Below are positions 22,008-34,470 of a DNA stretch of 64,000 nucleotides, in pieces. Both the position numbers and the translations under genes were made by a program. This DNA is from an uncultured Bacteroidales bacterium (GTDB lineage Bacteria > Bacteroidota > Bacteroidia > Bacteroidales > GCA-2748055). Where the stretch lies: the NCBI GenBank assembly GCA_963710385.1, contig CAVQAB010000002.1, forward strand, positions 11,880-75,879, given 5' to 3'. The notes under the pieces were generated by a model. The model had not been told where the DNA came from. It saw only the letters and a program-made list of their open reading frames with translations, and did no database searches. Numbering within the stretch: the stretch's first letter is position 1; the number at the start of each line of letters is the position of its first letter.

Positions 22008-22641
22008 TTACTTATCACCCAGGTATGAGGCAATCGAATCTGCGTTTTCCTTTAGGGCCCTGTCACCTTTCTGCCAGTTTGCAGGACATACTTCTCCGTG
22101 TTCTTCACTGTACTGGAGTGCATCAATCAGCCTCAGGGCTTCATCCACGCTACGTCCAAGAGGCATGTCATTTACAATCTGATGGCGTACAACACCTTGC
22201 TTGTCAATCAGGAACAATCCGCGGTAGGCCTCAGGAATGCCAACAAATGTCGCTTCTCCCTCTTCGGTATAATCCCAGCTGCCTGCCAGTACATCATAAT
22301 TCTCAGCGATGGTCATTGCATTGTCAGCCACCAAGGGATACTTCACACCTTTGATTCCACCGTCCTTCAGCTCGGTTTGCAGCCATTTCCAGTGGGAAAA
22401 TTTCGAATCTACTGAACATCCAACTACGGCCACATCCCTTTTTTCAAACTCGTCCATCTTATCCTGAAATGCTATAATCTCCGTGGGACAGACAAATGTG
22501 AAATCTGCCGGATAGAAATAGAAGAGCACATACTTCTTATCCAATATACTGTTCGAGAGAAAAATCCTCGACAAATTCACCTCCATTTACTACTGCCGGG
22601 GCACTGAATGATGGTGCTTTTTTTCCAACTAATACTGCCAT
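22008..22641 (-). pseudogene. Typical 2-Cys peroxiredoxin (AhpC/Prx1 subfamily), one frameshift near 22540
   Basis: The N-terminus 'MAVLVGKKAPSFSAPAVVNGGEFVEDFSLEQYIG' is in one frame. The rest, in ORF 22008-22586, carries 'FYPADFTFVCPTE' and the resolving-Cys motif 'EVCPANW'. Confidence 0.88.
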
Positions 22642-22733
22642 TATGTTATTATTTTAAGGGTTTAACAATATCATAAAACAAACCATTGTAACAAGGGTTC
22701 ATGTGGGACCACACTTTTTTGCACCAGGTACTA

Positions 22734-24657
22734 CTATAGTCCCAGAAATTCAGGTCCCTGATTAAATACAATGTCCACAGGAATATTCAGATCCTTGAGC
22801 CGGTCCAGGTCAGCCTGTAGCTCTCCCCGGATAAATCCCTTCTCATCCACCAGCTTTTTTGCAAGTTCATAATTACCATCCCCCTGGATGACCAATATCA
22901 GATTGGCCAGGTTGTTCATGGCATTCTGCATTTGTTCGAAATTTACCTGGTATGTACCTTTTCCTATGTCTTTGGTAAAAGCACCCAACTCCTGAAAATA
23001 GTAGAACCTGATCATGTTGGCTTTACCATGAGAACTGGCAACGCCAAAGCGGATACTCCTGAAAATGCTGGCCATAAAGGTCACATAATTGTCCATCAGA
23101 TCTCTCTCTTCAAGCATTCCCTTTTCATACATCTGTGTGATCAGGTAGAGGCATAGAATGTCTGCTTTTCCCTCTTCAAGAGCGCTGTATTGTTCCTTCA
23201 GGGCTGACCGTACAGTCCCTGCTCCGTCTAATGGTCTGGTTGATTCCCAGGCCGTGGGCAACTTCATGGAACATTATATTCTCAAAGAAGGCATCAAAGG
23301 TCACGTGATCCCGTTGCTCTTCTGCGATCAGCACATTGCTAATGGGCACAAGGATCTCTTCGAACTTATACCTGATGGCATTTTTTAGCTGGAGTTTTCT
23401 GGATCCTTTACTTGCATGAACCCTTTCATCATTGGGTAGATTAATGGCAATGGTTTTGCTTCCGGCATTGCAATCACCGGCATAATAAACCACATCATAG
23501 GCTCCAAGGTCGGAATCGCTGCCAGGGATCTCCTTTTTGTAGTTTTCAGGTACCGGCAGGGTGCGTTGCATCTCAGGAAGCACTGAAGCGATGTAGGCAA
23601 GTTTTTCGCTCCACTCTTTGTCCTTAATAAGTATAAATGACTCATGGGCTGCCTTGTAGTTATAAAGTGCATCTTCATAATTCTCAATGGGTCCTACCAC
23701 AAAGTCAATGTCATTATCCTTCATATCCATCCAGGCCATATCGGATGCCAGATAGTCATCTGTGAGAAGCGCCTCGGCTCTCAATTGCAGGTATTTCTTA
23801 AAACCTTCATCCTCCGCAAGCGCTGCTGCCTGCTTTAGGAGCTCTCCTGCTTTCTCAACCTGGTCAGAGTAGGCCACATGGTAGGGTATGACCTCCAGTT
23901 TGCCATTCTGATCCCTCTTCAAAACTGTATAGAGGCTGGTCTTCAGGGGATCATTCAGCAGCTCAAATTCTTCTTTGGACATATCCTCCGGGTAAAATCC
24001 AGAACCGGCCGGTTTTGGTCCGTAGCCGGATAGATAGGGGAGGTTTCCATTGAGTCTTTCCCAGGGGCCATAATTGATTTGGAAAAACTGTAATACATCC
24101 TCGTTCATCATAGAGCTCAATGCTGCATCCCGGTCAGGGAATACCTGGATCCAATAGATCTCTTCCATAATATCTGCCACCTGGAACAGCAGACCCAGCA
24201 ACTCTTTTTGATTGTCCGACAAGTGGGAAATATCTGCGGTGAGATCCACCCGGGTAAATTCATTGGCCTTTCTCTCAACCATATGATCAAAACGCTCAAG
24301 TGTAATACTTTTCCCAAGGTTTCCTATTTCCAGGATAAGTGTTTCATCTGCCTTGGAATAAGTCATTCCGGAAACTGTCAGATCATTGTTGAGGGGAATG
24401 CTGGCACTAAAGGAAACACGATCCTCATCCTCCGTGATCAGTTCAGTGGGATACAGCTGGCCATCCAGCTCTACTGCATCATCCATCATACTCAGAAACA
24501 GTGATCTGGGTGAAGTAAATCGGAAGGCATCACCATCGGATACCTCCATAACAGGCAGAGTGCCCGCAAAAAGATCATACATGGTTTCCTTCTCATTACA
24601 ACCATGTATTAACAGAAATAACCCAGCCAGGACAGGAAATAAAGAACGTACTTTCAT
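22734..24657 (-). pseudogene. Lipoprotein zinc peptidase related to dipeptidyl-peptidase III (M49-like) with an HEXXH motif, one frameshift near 23240
   Basis: Lipobox 'LFLLIHGC'. The zinc motifs are 'MFHEVAHGLG' and, after the frame change, 'ALEEGKADI'. ORFs 23176-24657 and 22734-23267 join. Confidence 0.6.
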
Positions 24658-24684
24658 CGGTTTATAATTTAGGTTTATAGCAGT

Positions 24685-26157
24685 TTAATAAGCTTTGGCA
24701 ATAATGACTCTCTGATTTGAGGGTTTTCCGCTTACAATACATTTCCCCTGTTCCTGTTCACCGTCCAGAAGCAGACAGCGGATGGTGGCTTTGGTCTCTT
24801 TTATCCGGTTTTCGGTTTCTGTGGTTCCATCCCAATGCGCAAGGGCAAATCCCCCCTTGTTTTCAAGGACGTCAACCAATTCATCCCAGGAATCTACCCG
24901 GTGTGTATTCTCTTTCCTGAAATTCAGTGCTTTCTGGTAGATGTTTTCCTGGATCTCTTCCAGCAAATCATTGATATAGGTAGCTATTCCCACCTGCGGG
25001 AAAATATTTTTCTCAAGTGTATCCCTTCGGGCCAATTCCACAGTACCCTTTTCAACGTCCCGTGGACCAATGGCTATTCTTACGGGGACTCCCTTAAGTT
25101 CATATTCGGCAAATTTCCATCCGGGTTTATGGGTATCCCTCTCATCAAATTTTACCGAAATTCCCAGAGCAGTCAGTTGGGCTTTTATTCTATTTGCCAC
25201 TTCAGCAATGGGAGGGAATTCATCACTACCTCTGTAGATGGGAACGATCACTACCTGAATTGGTGCAACCCTGGGAGGTAAAACCAGACCGTTGTTGTCT
25301 GAATGGGCCATGATTAGTGCTCCAATCATTCGGGTGGTCATTCCCCAGGAAGTGGCCCATACATGATCCAGTTTTCCTTCCTTATTGGTGAATTGAACAT
25401 CAAAGGCTTTTGCAAAGTTCTGACCCAGAAAATGTGAGGTGCCTGCCTGGAGCGCTTTTCCATCCTGCATAAGTGCTTCAATGGTCAGGGTATCAATAGC
25501 TCCTGCAAATTTCTCCGATTCAGTTTTATTTCCAATCAACACAGGAATGCCCAGGAATTTTTCTGCGAACTCTGCATAAACCTTCACCATCTGCATGGTT
25601 TCCTCCTCGGCTTCCTGGCTGGTAGCATGTGCTGTATGTCCCTCCTGCCAAAGAAATTCAGTAGTACGAAGAAATAGCCTTGTACGCATTTCCCACCTGA
25701 CCACATTGGCCCACTGGTTGATCAGGATGGGTAGATCGCGGTAGGACTGAATCCAGTTCTTATAGGTATTCCAGATAATGGTCTCAGAGGTGGGCCGTAC
25801 AATCAATTCCTCTTCAAGTTTTGCCTCCGGATCAACGATGAGACCGCCGTTTATCTCATCAGTCTTAAGCCGGTAATGGGTGACTACTGCACACTCTTTG
25901 GCAAATCCTTCCACATGATCGGCTTCCTTGCTGAAAAAGGATTTTGGAATAAACAGGGGGAAATAAGCATTTTCATGTCCAGTGTCCTTAAACATCCTGT
26001 CCAGTTCAGCCTTCATTTTCTCCCATATGGCATACCCATAAGGTTTGATGACCATACAACCCCTGACCGCTGAGTTTTCGGCCAGGCCTGATTTCAGCAC
26101 CAGGTCGTTATACCACTGTGCATAATTTTCTTCCTTACTGGTTAATACTTTGGCCAT
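24685..26157 (-). CDS. proS: Proline--tRNA ligase (class II, archaeal/eukaryote-like short form)
   Basis: Intact 490-aa ORF. The N-terminus '[35 protein letters not shown]' is typical of this ProRS type. Class II motifs are present. Confidence 0.92.
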   Translation of the reverse strand: MAKVLTSKEENYAQWYNDLVLKSGLAENSAVRGCMVIKPYGYAIWEKMKAELDRMFKDTGHENAYFPLFIPKSFFSKEADHVEGFAKECAVVTHYRLKTDEINGGLIVDPEAKLEEELIVRPTSETIIWNTYKNWIQSYRDLPILINQWANVVRWEMRTRLFLRTTEFLWQEGHTAHATSQEAEEETMQMVKVYAEFAEKFLGIPVLIGNKTESEKFAGAIDTLTIEALMQDGKALQAGTSHFLGQNFAKAFDVQFTNKEGKLDHVWATSWGMTTRMIGALIMAHSDNNGLVLPPRVAPIQVVIVPIYRGSDEFPPIAEVANRIKAQLTALGISVKFDERDTHKPGWKFAEYELKGVPVRIAIGPRDVEKGTVELARRDTLEKNIFPQVGIATYINDLLEEIQENIYQKALNFRKENTHRVDSWDELVDVLENKGGFALAHWDGTTETENRIKETKATIRCLLLDGEQEQGKCIVSGKPSNQRVIIAKAY

Positions 26158-26249
26158 TGGTCTTGAATTAGAATTGGTGTGTAAAGGATTCCCAAAGGAG
26201 CCGTTATTTGAGCTACAAAGAAAGGAAAAAAAGGTGAAGTGGTGAAGTG

Positions 26250-28368
26250 CTAAAGCCTTAAACCAATCACAAGAACATCATCAATCTGACTCAGGTCGCC
26301 TTTCCATTCATCGAAGATCAGGCTCAGGATTCTGTGTTGCTCATCCATGGGTCTTTCACTCACTTCAAGTAAAAGGTCCTTGAAAGGACGGTATTTGAAT
26401 TTTTTACCCTGAGGTCCGCCAAACTGATCAGGGAAACCATCGGTGAACATATAGACCCGGTCGCCCTGCTTCATATCGATGGTGTACCTGGTAAAATCGG
26501 ACATCTTCTCGTAATAGGCCACCGGCATGTTGTTCCCCTTGTATTCGAGCATCTCACCATTTCTGATAATGTAGATTGGATTGTTTGCTCCTGAAAATTC
26601 CAGTTGCCTGGTTTTGGTATCATAGATGACCAGGGCCATATCAATACCATCCTTCTGTTCCCCGATTTTCCCTTCCTGCTTAAGGGTACGGGCAATGCTC
26701 AGACGCAGCTGGTTCAGGATTTCTTCGGAATGCACAACCTGCTTCTCATTGACGATTTCATGCAACATGGTGATTCCAAGCATACTCATGAGAGATCCGG
26801 GAACACCATGTCCGGTACAATCTGCAGCAGTCAAGACAATCCTGTGTTCACTTTGCGAAATCCAGTAGAAATCACCACTCACAATATCCCTGGGTTTAAA
26901 GAAGATGAAATGTTCTCCAAACAGAGTTGTCAAATACCTCATTGCGGGGGAGAACTGTATTCTGTATCTTCTTGGCGTAATCAAAACTGTATTTGATCTC
27001 TTTATTCTGTTTCTCAATCTGCTCTTTCTGGGCCTGTATCTCGAAGGTACGTTCCTGAACCTTATCCTCCAGTTCCCGGTTGACCTTATCTTTCAGGGCT
27101 GCATTTTCCCTTAGCTGGTCAATGATCCTTCGCTGTGCTACCTCTTTGCTCTTTTTAAGCAGGTTGATGCGTTCACTCAGACCAATGGAAAAAGTGAGGA
27201 TCTGTAAGGTGACCCCGAGTTCGAGGCTGTGTTTACCCAGTGAATAATCCGTGAGCGCAAAATTGATGGCCACTCCCAGGATAAGGAAAAGGTTGGCAAA
27301 GAGGAAATACCTGGCTGGCTGGAAGCTTTCCCTGGTCAGTATCATGGCCGGGACAATGGCCAGGAACAATGAACCGATGGCCGATACAATGATGATGGCC
27401 AGTCCTCCAAGCTGGATAAATACAGGAACGTTTACTCCAAGGCCCTGAAGTAACAGGATCGAAAAACTGAGGATCAGCCCACCCACAGTAAACCAGACAG
27501 CCAGCAGCAGAATGGTGTCCCACGACTGGAGCGTATTGCGTGTATCCAGGTAGGATCTCCCGAAAAGCAGAAAAAATAGCAAAAAGATCTCCCCAAGAAA
27601 AATATTAACAGGAGCAGAGGTGAAGCGGGGCGTGATTTCATAGATATATCCTTCTTTATTGATAAAGAAGAACAGAAATGCCAGAATATAAAGGATATAG
27701 AAGAGATAGCTGTTTTCCCTTCCTTTCACAAACAGCGGAATATGATAGAGGATCATGATCAGCATGATTCCAACAAAAATCCCAAATACCAGTCTTTTGG
27801 AACGGTCCTTCTCAAGAACACTCTCATGCGTGGATATGGTGAAGGTCAAATCGGAGACCACCGACTCTTCCGATAGGGAGATCCTCAGGAAAAGCGTGTC
27901 CGTTTTCCCGGGAGGCAGGTAAATTCGAAGGTCATCCGAACCACTTATATTGACATCCTTGTTTCTGGGATGAATATCAATTCCTGATTTACGAAGCGTA
28001 ACCAGCCCGTTGTCATATTTCTGAAACAGCCTGTATTCATCAAACTCAGAAAGGAGGTTGGGTTGGAGGTGAAATGAGAACTGGCGTGTGGAGCGGTTCA
28101 CAAAGTAAAAACGGAACCAGATACATCCACTTGATTGAGGGTTGACCAGAACCGGATCTGGATTACTGAAATCAATGGGTCTGAACTGATGGTCCATCAT
28201 CCCCAAAAATAGCTCTGACTGTTGTGTGGCACAATCCGGATCATCCAGATATTGAAGCTGTAAATCTGAGATGGAAACCTCCTGGACAAAATCAGATAGA
28301 ATAACCGGCTTCTGCGCAATAAGCGACTGACAAACCACTAAGAGTATAAGAAACGGTTTTAAACGCAT
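26250..28368 (-). pseudogene. 7TMR-DISM-type membrane sensor fused to a PP2C/SpoIIE serine phosphatase, one frameshift near 26950
   Basis: ORF 26896-28368 has a signal peptide, an extracellular domain, 7 TM helices and a coiled coil. ORF 26250-27017 has the PP2C motifs 'DIVSGDFYW', 'AADCTGHGVPG' and 'FTDGFPDQ'. Confidence 0.75.
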
Positions 28369-28470
28369 TCCAGTTTTTCCTTCTGAATGTAAATATATTA
28401 AAGATTCTTTTAAAGAAGTGAAATTGTGAGCTGCTATGATTTATAGTGTATATTTACCGAAAGTTAATCC

Positions 28471-30501
28471 TTGAATATGATTCCAGGCCTTCTCAATACA
28501 AGGACTCTGTCATTTTTCATTCTCATTCTCATTTGCTCATGTTCCGGAAACGTCATGCAAACCACTGTTTTTACAGATGGGTTTCAGGAGCTTGAGATTG
28601 GAGATATTCCTGGTAATTATTCAAACAATCCGGCCATATATTTTGATGCACAAAATGGTGTCATTGGAGACTGGAAGGTTGCTTCAAGCCTACGGCAGGA
28701 AGGATTCGACAGGGCCTGGGAGGTCAGGAACGATGGTGAGGAGAATTATCTGGCCCAAACCTTCACCAACCTGAATCGCAGCAATGCACCTTTAAGTTTG
28801 ATTACCCATCCGCTGATCATTTCGGGTGATTCCCTTTGGATGGATTATACCATCGATGTGGAGTTTACACCTCTGGCCAAGTTTGATAAATGCGGTGTTG
28901 TATTTAAATACCGCAATCCCACCAATTTCTTTTTCTTTGGAATTGAGGGAAATACAGTGACGCTGAAACAGATTCAACAATCTGTTACACCCCTTCGTCC
29001 CATTGAACGAATCCTGGATTACAGACCACTGGTGTGGACCCCGGGAGAGAAGCTTCATGCAACTGTCACTGTGCGACGCAAAGAGGTCTCAGTGAGTCTG
29101 AATGATTCCATCAATATGTATGCTGCAAACCTGCCCATTCAATCGGGCAGAATAGGATTGATATCGGACCTTCCAGCCAGATTCCACAGCGTGGAAGTTA
29201 AGATCCTCAAGGGTGAACAACGAAAACTTGCCCGGAAGAAAAGACAATTGGTCAGGAAGGTGGACCTGAACCTGAGCGACCATCCGGAAATGGTTCGCTG
29301 GAGAATGTATAATACGAGTGAATTTGGAACCAACCAGAATATCAGACTTGGCGATTTGACAGGTGACGGTAACAAAGAAATTGTGTTTGTGAGGCCAAAA
29401 TCTCAGGGACCTGGTATTGGTTATATCAGTGCAATGAATTTAAACGGGGAGGTAATGTGGGATTATGGAAACCCAGGTTCATTTAAAGCTGACACCGGAG
29501 ATGAACTGCCTGTACAAATCCATGACCTGGATGGTGATGGAGTACGAGAGGTGATCTTTGTCAGTGGTGGTTGGATCATGATACTGGACGGGCGGAATGG
29601 TAAGTTGGTTCGTCGGGCCCGGGTGCCGGGTTCCAAAGCTGTAAAATCTATGATATTTGCTGACTTAATGGGAATTGGACGGGATAATTGCCTCATTTTA
29701 TCTGACCGTATGCACAACCTGGTGGTACTGAACGATCGGTTGGAGTTGTTGTGGGAACAGGTCATAGAAACCGGGGCTCAGCCCATGGTTCATGACATGA
29801 ATGGCGATGGCCGGCACGAGGTTTTAATGGGATATTCTGTATTTGACCACGATGGGAACCTGATGTTCGATGTGGGTGCGTTTATTGGCGATGTGTGTAA
29901 CGGAGTCACCAGTACATGAATTGCAGGTGGGAGAGCGTACAATTCCGTGTCTCATCTATGCAGCAGGGGACTGGGGATTGCTCTATTTTGATTTTAATGG
30001 AAATCTGCTAAAACAGAATATCATGGGTCATGTTCAGTATCTGAGCGTGGCCGATTTCAATGCCGAGTTACCAGGACTCGAAGTTGCTACCTCCAATCAT
30101 TGGGGGAGTGATGGTCTTATGCACATCCTGGAATCCTCTGGCGAGGTGATCAGAAAGTTCTTATCGGTTTCAGGTGCGAACAGGTGTTTGCCGGTAAATT
30201 GGAAAGGGGATGGAGAGGAATTCTTAATGACCTCCGCAGATTCAATCATGGGAGGGATGGTTGACAGAGAGGGTCAGCCAGCAGTAATGTTCCCTTCTGA
30301 TGGTCATCCCCAAACATGTTACATGGTCCAGGATCTTAACCGGCGATACGCGGGATGAAGTGATTGTATGGGACCAGAATGAACTATGGATCTATACCCA
30401 GGATGACAATCCCAGAATGGGTAATACCTATGCTCCTGACAGGATACCAGCCGCATAACCATTCCATGTATCATATGAATCGATCACTACCGGGATGGTG
30501 A
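28471..30501 (+). pseudogene. Secreted FG-GAP/beta-propeller repeat protein with an N-terminal lectin-like (DUF1080-like) domain, at least 3 frameshifts
   Basis: Calcium-type repeats 'GDLTGDGNKEIVFV', 'HDLDGDGVREVIFV', 'HDMNGDGRHEVLMG' and 'DLTGDTRDEVIVW'. The pieces are 28471-29919, 29870-30358, and a tail ending 'YNHSMYHMNRSLPGW' at 30501. I could not establish the function; a glycan lyase or hydrolase is possible. Confidence 0.5.
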
Positions 30502-30653
30502 TTCGCTTGAATACTTTGTGAAAACCTGATCCATTCCTATTTGAATATTTATTATATTGCACACAATCATTAGATCTGAAGTCTGTTTTGGCACGAACTT
30601 TGTTTCTTATATGCTAAAACAACCAGATGCAAAAAATACCGGGAGGAAACGTC

Positions 30654-32248
30654 ATGAAAACTTTATCACTTGCCATAATTAGCGTAGCCATTGTCCTGGC
30701 ATCCTGCAGCTCTCCAAGATATGCTGCCTCTTCGGAGTATGATGATGTCTATTATAATCCGACCATGGCCCCCACACAAACAGCAGTTGTCGTAGAAGAA
30801 CCAGTGGTCACACCGCAGGCAGCCATGAATGCGCAACCCATTGCCCAGGCACCGGTGTACACCGAATCTCAGGTGAATGTAAATGATAACCTGAGTGACT
30901 ATGAAAGATACCAGATTACAAAAAGAGGCGGAGATGTTGGGCGAAAGCTATGAGCTCGACGGAAGCGAAGCCCTTTATGCAACACAATACCAGGAATACG
31001 ATTCTCTTAATCAGGTCAGTGCATATGGCCAGGAGAGTGCACCTGTAGTCGTTAATAATTATAACTACTACAGCGATCCCAATGATTATTATTATTCCTC
31101 AAACCTGAGACGGTTTTCGGATGATTATTATGGGTGGAATTATTACGATCCATATTATACAGATCTCTACTTCTATTCGGGGAGGTCCTCACACTGGGGA
31201 ATGAATATTGGATGGGGTTATCCCCGATTCGGGTTCTCTTACGGATATCCTTACTACAGCTCTTATTACGGTGGTGGCTAGGGTGGCTATTATGATCCCT
31301 GGTACTCACCCTATGGATATGGAGGATATGGAGGATACGGTGGTTATTATGGAGGTTACTATGGTGGGTATAACCCTTACTACGGAGGCTCTTACTGGAG
31401 CGGGTACCGCACATGGATATAATAATGGATATTGGAACAGCAGACACTATGGTGCAGATTATAACTACCGTTATGGAAGGTTAGACAACCGGCACTATTA
31501 TGGATACGCCAGGCCTTCTAATGCATCCTATGGCAGCTCCAAGGGTTCCACATATGTTGATCCCAAGTACAGGAGTCGTTCAAGGACTGGTCAGACTACC
31601 ACCGGCGCATCACGTGCAACCACTTCAAGGGATACGAAATCGACTGCTGCAGCAACACGCACAAACAGCGAAAGGTCCAACCAGGTGAGGACCCAGCAGA
31701 GCACCAGGGCTACAGCCAATGGTCAGGTGAATCGCTCCAACAACAGGACTGTAACAACTACCAGAACAAGGCAGCCTGCCAATGTTCAGCAGAGGAGCTC
31801 CAGCAACAACAGGAGTACTTATACGCCCAGTTACAGCAAGCCACGTTCAAGTTCAACGCCAAGTTATAACAGGAGCACCACGCCTAACAGGAGTTATTCG
31901 CAACCAGCAAATACACCGAACCGCAGCAGCAGTACTATAAACCGCTCCAGCAGTTCACCGAGCCGCAGTAGTTCCTACAGCAGGCCCAGCAGTTCCAGCC
32001 GGAGCAGCAGTTCCTATAGCCGACCCAGCAGCTCCAGCCGCAGCAGTAGTTCATACAGTCGACCCAGCAGCAGCTCAAGTCGAAGCAGCAGTTCCTATAG
32101 CCGTTCGAGCTCGCCAAGCAGAAGCAGTAGCTCTTATAGTTCGGGAAGTTCTTCGAGCCGCAGCAGCAGTTCATCGGGCCGCAGCAGCAGTTCATCAAGC
32201 CGCAGTTCAAGCAGCTCATCCAGATCATCATCCAGCTCAAGACGTTAA
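30654..32248 (+). pseudogene. Low-complexity lipoprotein with a Tyr/Gly-rich middle and a Ser/Arg-rich tail, at least 3 frameshifts
   Basis: Lipobox 'AIVLASC', then 'YDDVYYNP'. The Y-rich block includes 'YNYYSDPNDYYYSSNLRRFSDDYYGWNYYDPYYTDLYFY'. The block 'GYGGYGGYGGYYGGYYGGYNPYYGG' is in a third frame. The last 100 or so aa are almost only S, R, Y and P. Confidence 0.6.
31930..32245 (+). repeat. Tandem degenerate repeats of about 39 nt encoding (SSSYSRPSSSSRS)n, then (SSSSSR)n
   Basis: The repeat 'SRSSSSYSRPSSS' is read at least 4 times. Serines use mixed AGC/AGT/TCN codons, so conservation is at the protein level. Confidence 0.8.
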
Positions 32249-32260
32249 ACTGTTATCACT

Positions 32261-32294
32261 GCCGGGATCATTAGATCGATCCTGGCTTTTTTTT
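32261..32294 (+). terminator. Intrinsic terminator after the low-complexity lipoprotein gene
   Basis: GCCGGGATC / GATCCTGGC stem (one G-U pair) followed by T8. Confidence 0.8.
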
Positions 32295-32315
32295 ACGCTT
32301 TAAATAGATATTGCT

Positions 32316-33770
32316 ATGAAAAAAATATCGTTTATAGCCCTGCTAATCGTATGTGCATTCTTTTCACTGGAAGCGCAAAATGAGATGCAGGCCCTAAGAT
32401 ATTCCCAATACAATCCATTTGGAACTGCCAGATATGCAGCACAGGGTGGAGCCATTGGCGCACTAGGAGGAGATCTCTCATCCCGTGCAGGCAAATCCGG
32501 CAGGACTTGGATTTTACCGTTCTTCGGAATTCTCTTTCTCACCCTCGTTCTACTGGGTGAATACAACTTCCAGATTTATGAACTCATCTGCCGAAGATTC
32601 TCAAACGAAGTTCAACATCGGCAGTATTGGAATGGTGTCTGCCATTACCCGTGATAAAAGACCAGGGCATTGTGGGTATATCGTATTCTCTGGGTTACAA
32701 CTACACTGGTAAATTTCAATAACCGTACAACCATCAGGGGAATCAATACCAACAGTTCCCTGCTTGATGATTTTACCTGGCATGCCAATGAGGACCCGGA
32801 CAACCTGAGTCCTTTTTACGAACAACTGGCATTCGATGCATTTCTGATACCATATGATTCAGAAGCTGAAGAATACTGGCATGACATGCAATTGGACGGG
32901 TATGGACAGGAACAATACAGAGTGTCTGAACAATCCGGTCATATTGGGGAGTATTCACTCTCGGGGGGATTGAATTTCAGTAATCTGCTCTATTTCGGAG
33001 CTACATTAGGGATCCATTCGGTAAGATTTAATGAGGAGATCTATCATACAGAAACCGATGTGGATGATCATGTGCTTGATTTCGACGGTTTCCGTTTCAG
33101 GGAATTTAACGAAACCAGAGGTTGGGGATATACCTTCAGGATGGGAATGATCATTCGACCTATTCAATTGTTGAGGGTGGGTGCTTCATTTCAGCTCCCC
33201 ACAAACTATAATCTAACCGACATGAAATATTCGGATATAGATTCTTATTGGGATAATGGTTCCGGAATTCCCGACACCCAGGAGAGTTCCCCAGATGGCA
33301 CTTACGATTACGAGTTAAAGAGTCCGTTTCGTGTAAACGCGCATGCTTCGGTTATCTTACTAAAGATGGCGACCATTTCTGCCGGATATGAATATGTAGA
33401 CTATTCAGCAGCCCGGCTGGATGCTTATGATTACAAGTTTATTGATGAGAATGACAGAATCCGTCAGGATTTTCAGGGGACTCATAACCTGAAAGCGGGA
33501 GCTGAGTTTCGATTTAATTCATTGTATCTCAGGGCTGGGCTACAACACCTGATGAGTCCTTTCACCGATTCAAGGAACAATACAGAGCAATGGATCTATG
33601 CAAGCGGTCTGGGATTCAGGACCGGAGGAGTATTTTTTGATATTAGTTATACTCATTCAAAGATGTCGGAAGTATATGGAATGTATGCTTTCGTTCCGGG
33701 GACCAATGAAGTGTCAATCAATCAGGTCAATGGCAATAACCTGATGTTTACCATTGGATTTAAGTTCTGA
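32316..33770 (+). pseudogene. Outer-membrane beta-barrel protein, FadL/OmpP1-like (Bacteroidota type), 2 frameshifts near 32480 and 32680
   Basis: Signal peptide 'MKKISFIALLIVCAFFSLEAQ', then 'ALRYSQYNPFGTARYAAQGGAIGALGGD' and 'NPAGLGFYRSSEFSFSP'. The C-terminus is 'LMFTIGFKF'. Confidence 0.55.
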
Positions 33771-34470
33771 GGCTATTTTTGAGAATCGAAAGGGCTGCGG
33801 GTCCTTCATTGAAAAGCAGGTCAAGGATACTCATATTGCTTTGGAAACCAAGGCGGTCGGAAAATACCTGATGATATTCCAGGGGTTGGAAATCAGGATC
33901 CTCCACCGCCTGATCCTTTTTAGGATGGATAAAATCCCTGGGATCACCAGCTCCGGTAATTTCCACAAATGAACTGGAATACTCTATGGGGATCTTCATT
34001 CCCATCAACAGGAGTGTCTTCTCAATAAGTTGATGATTAAAATCCACCAGATAATCAAACTTTCGCTCATAAAACATGATCAGGTCATCTGTCATGTACT
34101 CGAAGAAAGGAGATGATGCATAGGAGGCCACCAGACCGCGCCAGTGTATTTTATTCCATGGAGTATCGTAATCAATCCGGATCTCTTTCAGGTAGTTTTT
34201 CGCACCCCGCCTTTTTTTAACAGGTATGGAAAGCGTGATTACTCCGTTAGGGCCCACAATCCTGCACCTGTTCCGATAGGTCTGTTTGGTATAATGATCA
34301 AATTGTTCAAGGATAATTTCAGGCTCCCTGATAAGACGAGCGAAGTAATTAATAGGTCCGTTATAAAGAGCCGGATATACCAACGGAAACTGAATTACCT
34401 GCTGGCTCTCACTATCCGGAACATGCGGTTCCATCTGATCTTTCCATACTCCTTGTCCATGCTTAACCAT
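33760..34470 (-). CDS. WbqC-like family protein. The start is uncertain; the ATG at 34434 is possible.
   Basis: Contains '[31 protein letters not shown]' and '[12 protein letters not shown]', which resemble the WbqC family. It follows the lepB pair, as in many Bacteroidota. Confidence 0.65.
   Translation of the reverse strand: MVKHGQGVWKDQMEPHVPDSESQQVIQFPLVYPALYNGPINYFARLIREPEIILEQFDHYTKQTYRNRCRIVGPNGVITLSIPVKKRRGAKNYLKEIRIDYDTPWNKIHWRGLVASYASSPFFEYMTDDLIMFYERKFDYLVDFNHQLIEKTLLLMGMKIPIEYSSSFVEITGAGDPRDFIHPKKDQAVEDPDFQPLEYHQVFSDRLGFQSNMSILDLLFNEGPAALSILKNSLRT

Noticed and set aside
31935-32240. 101-aa Cys/Trp-rich ORF on the minus strand
   Set aside because: It is the antisense reading of the AGC/TCN-rich Ser/Arg repeat, an artefact of low-complexity DNA.
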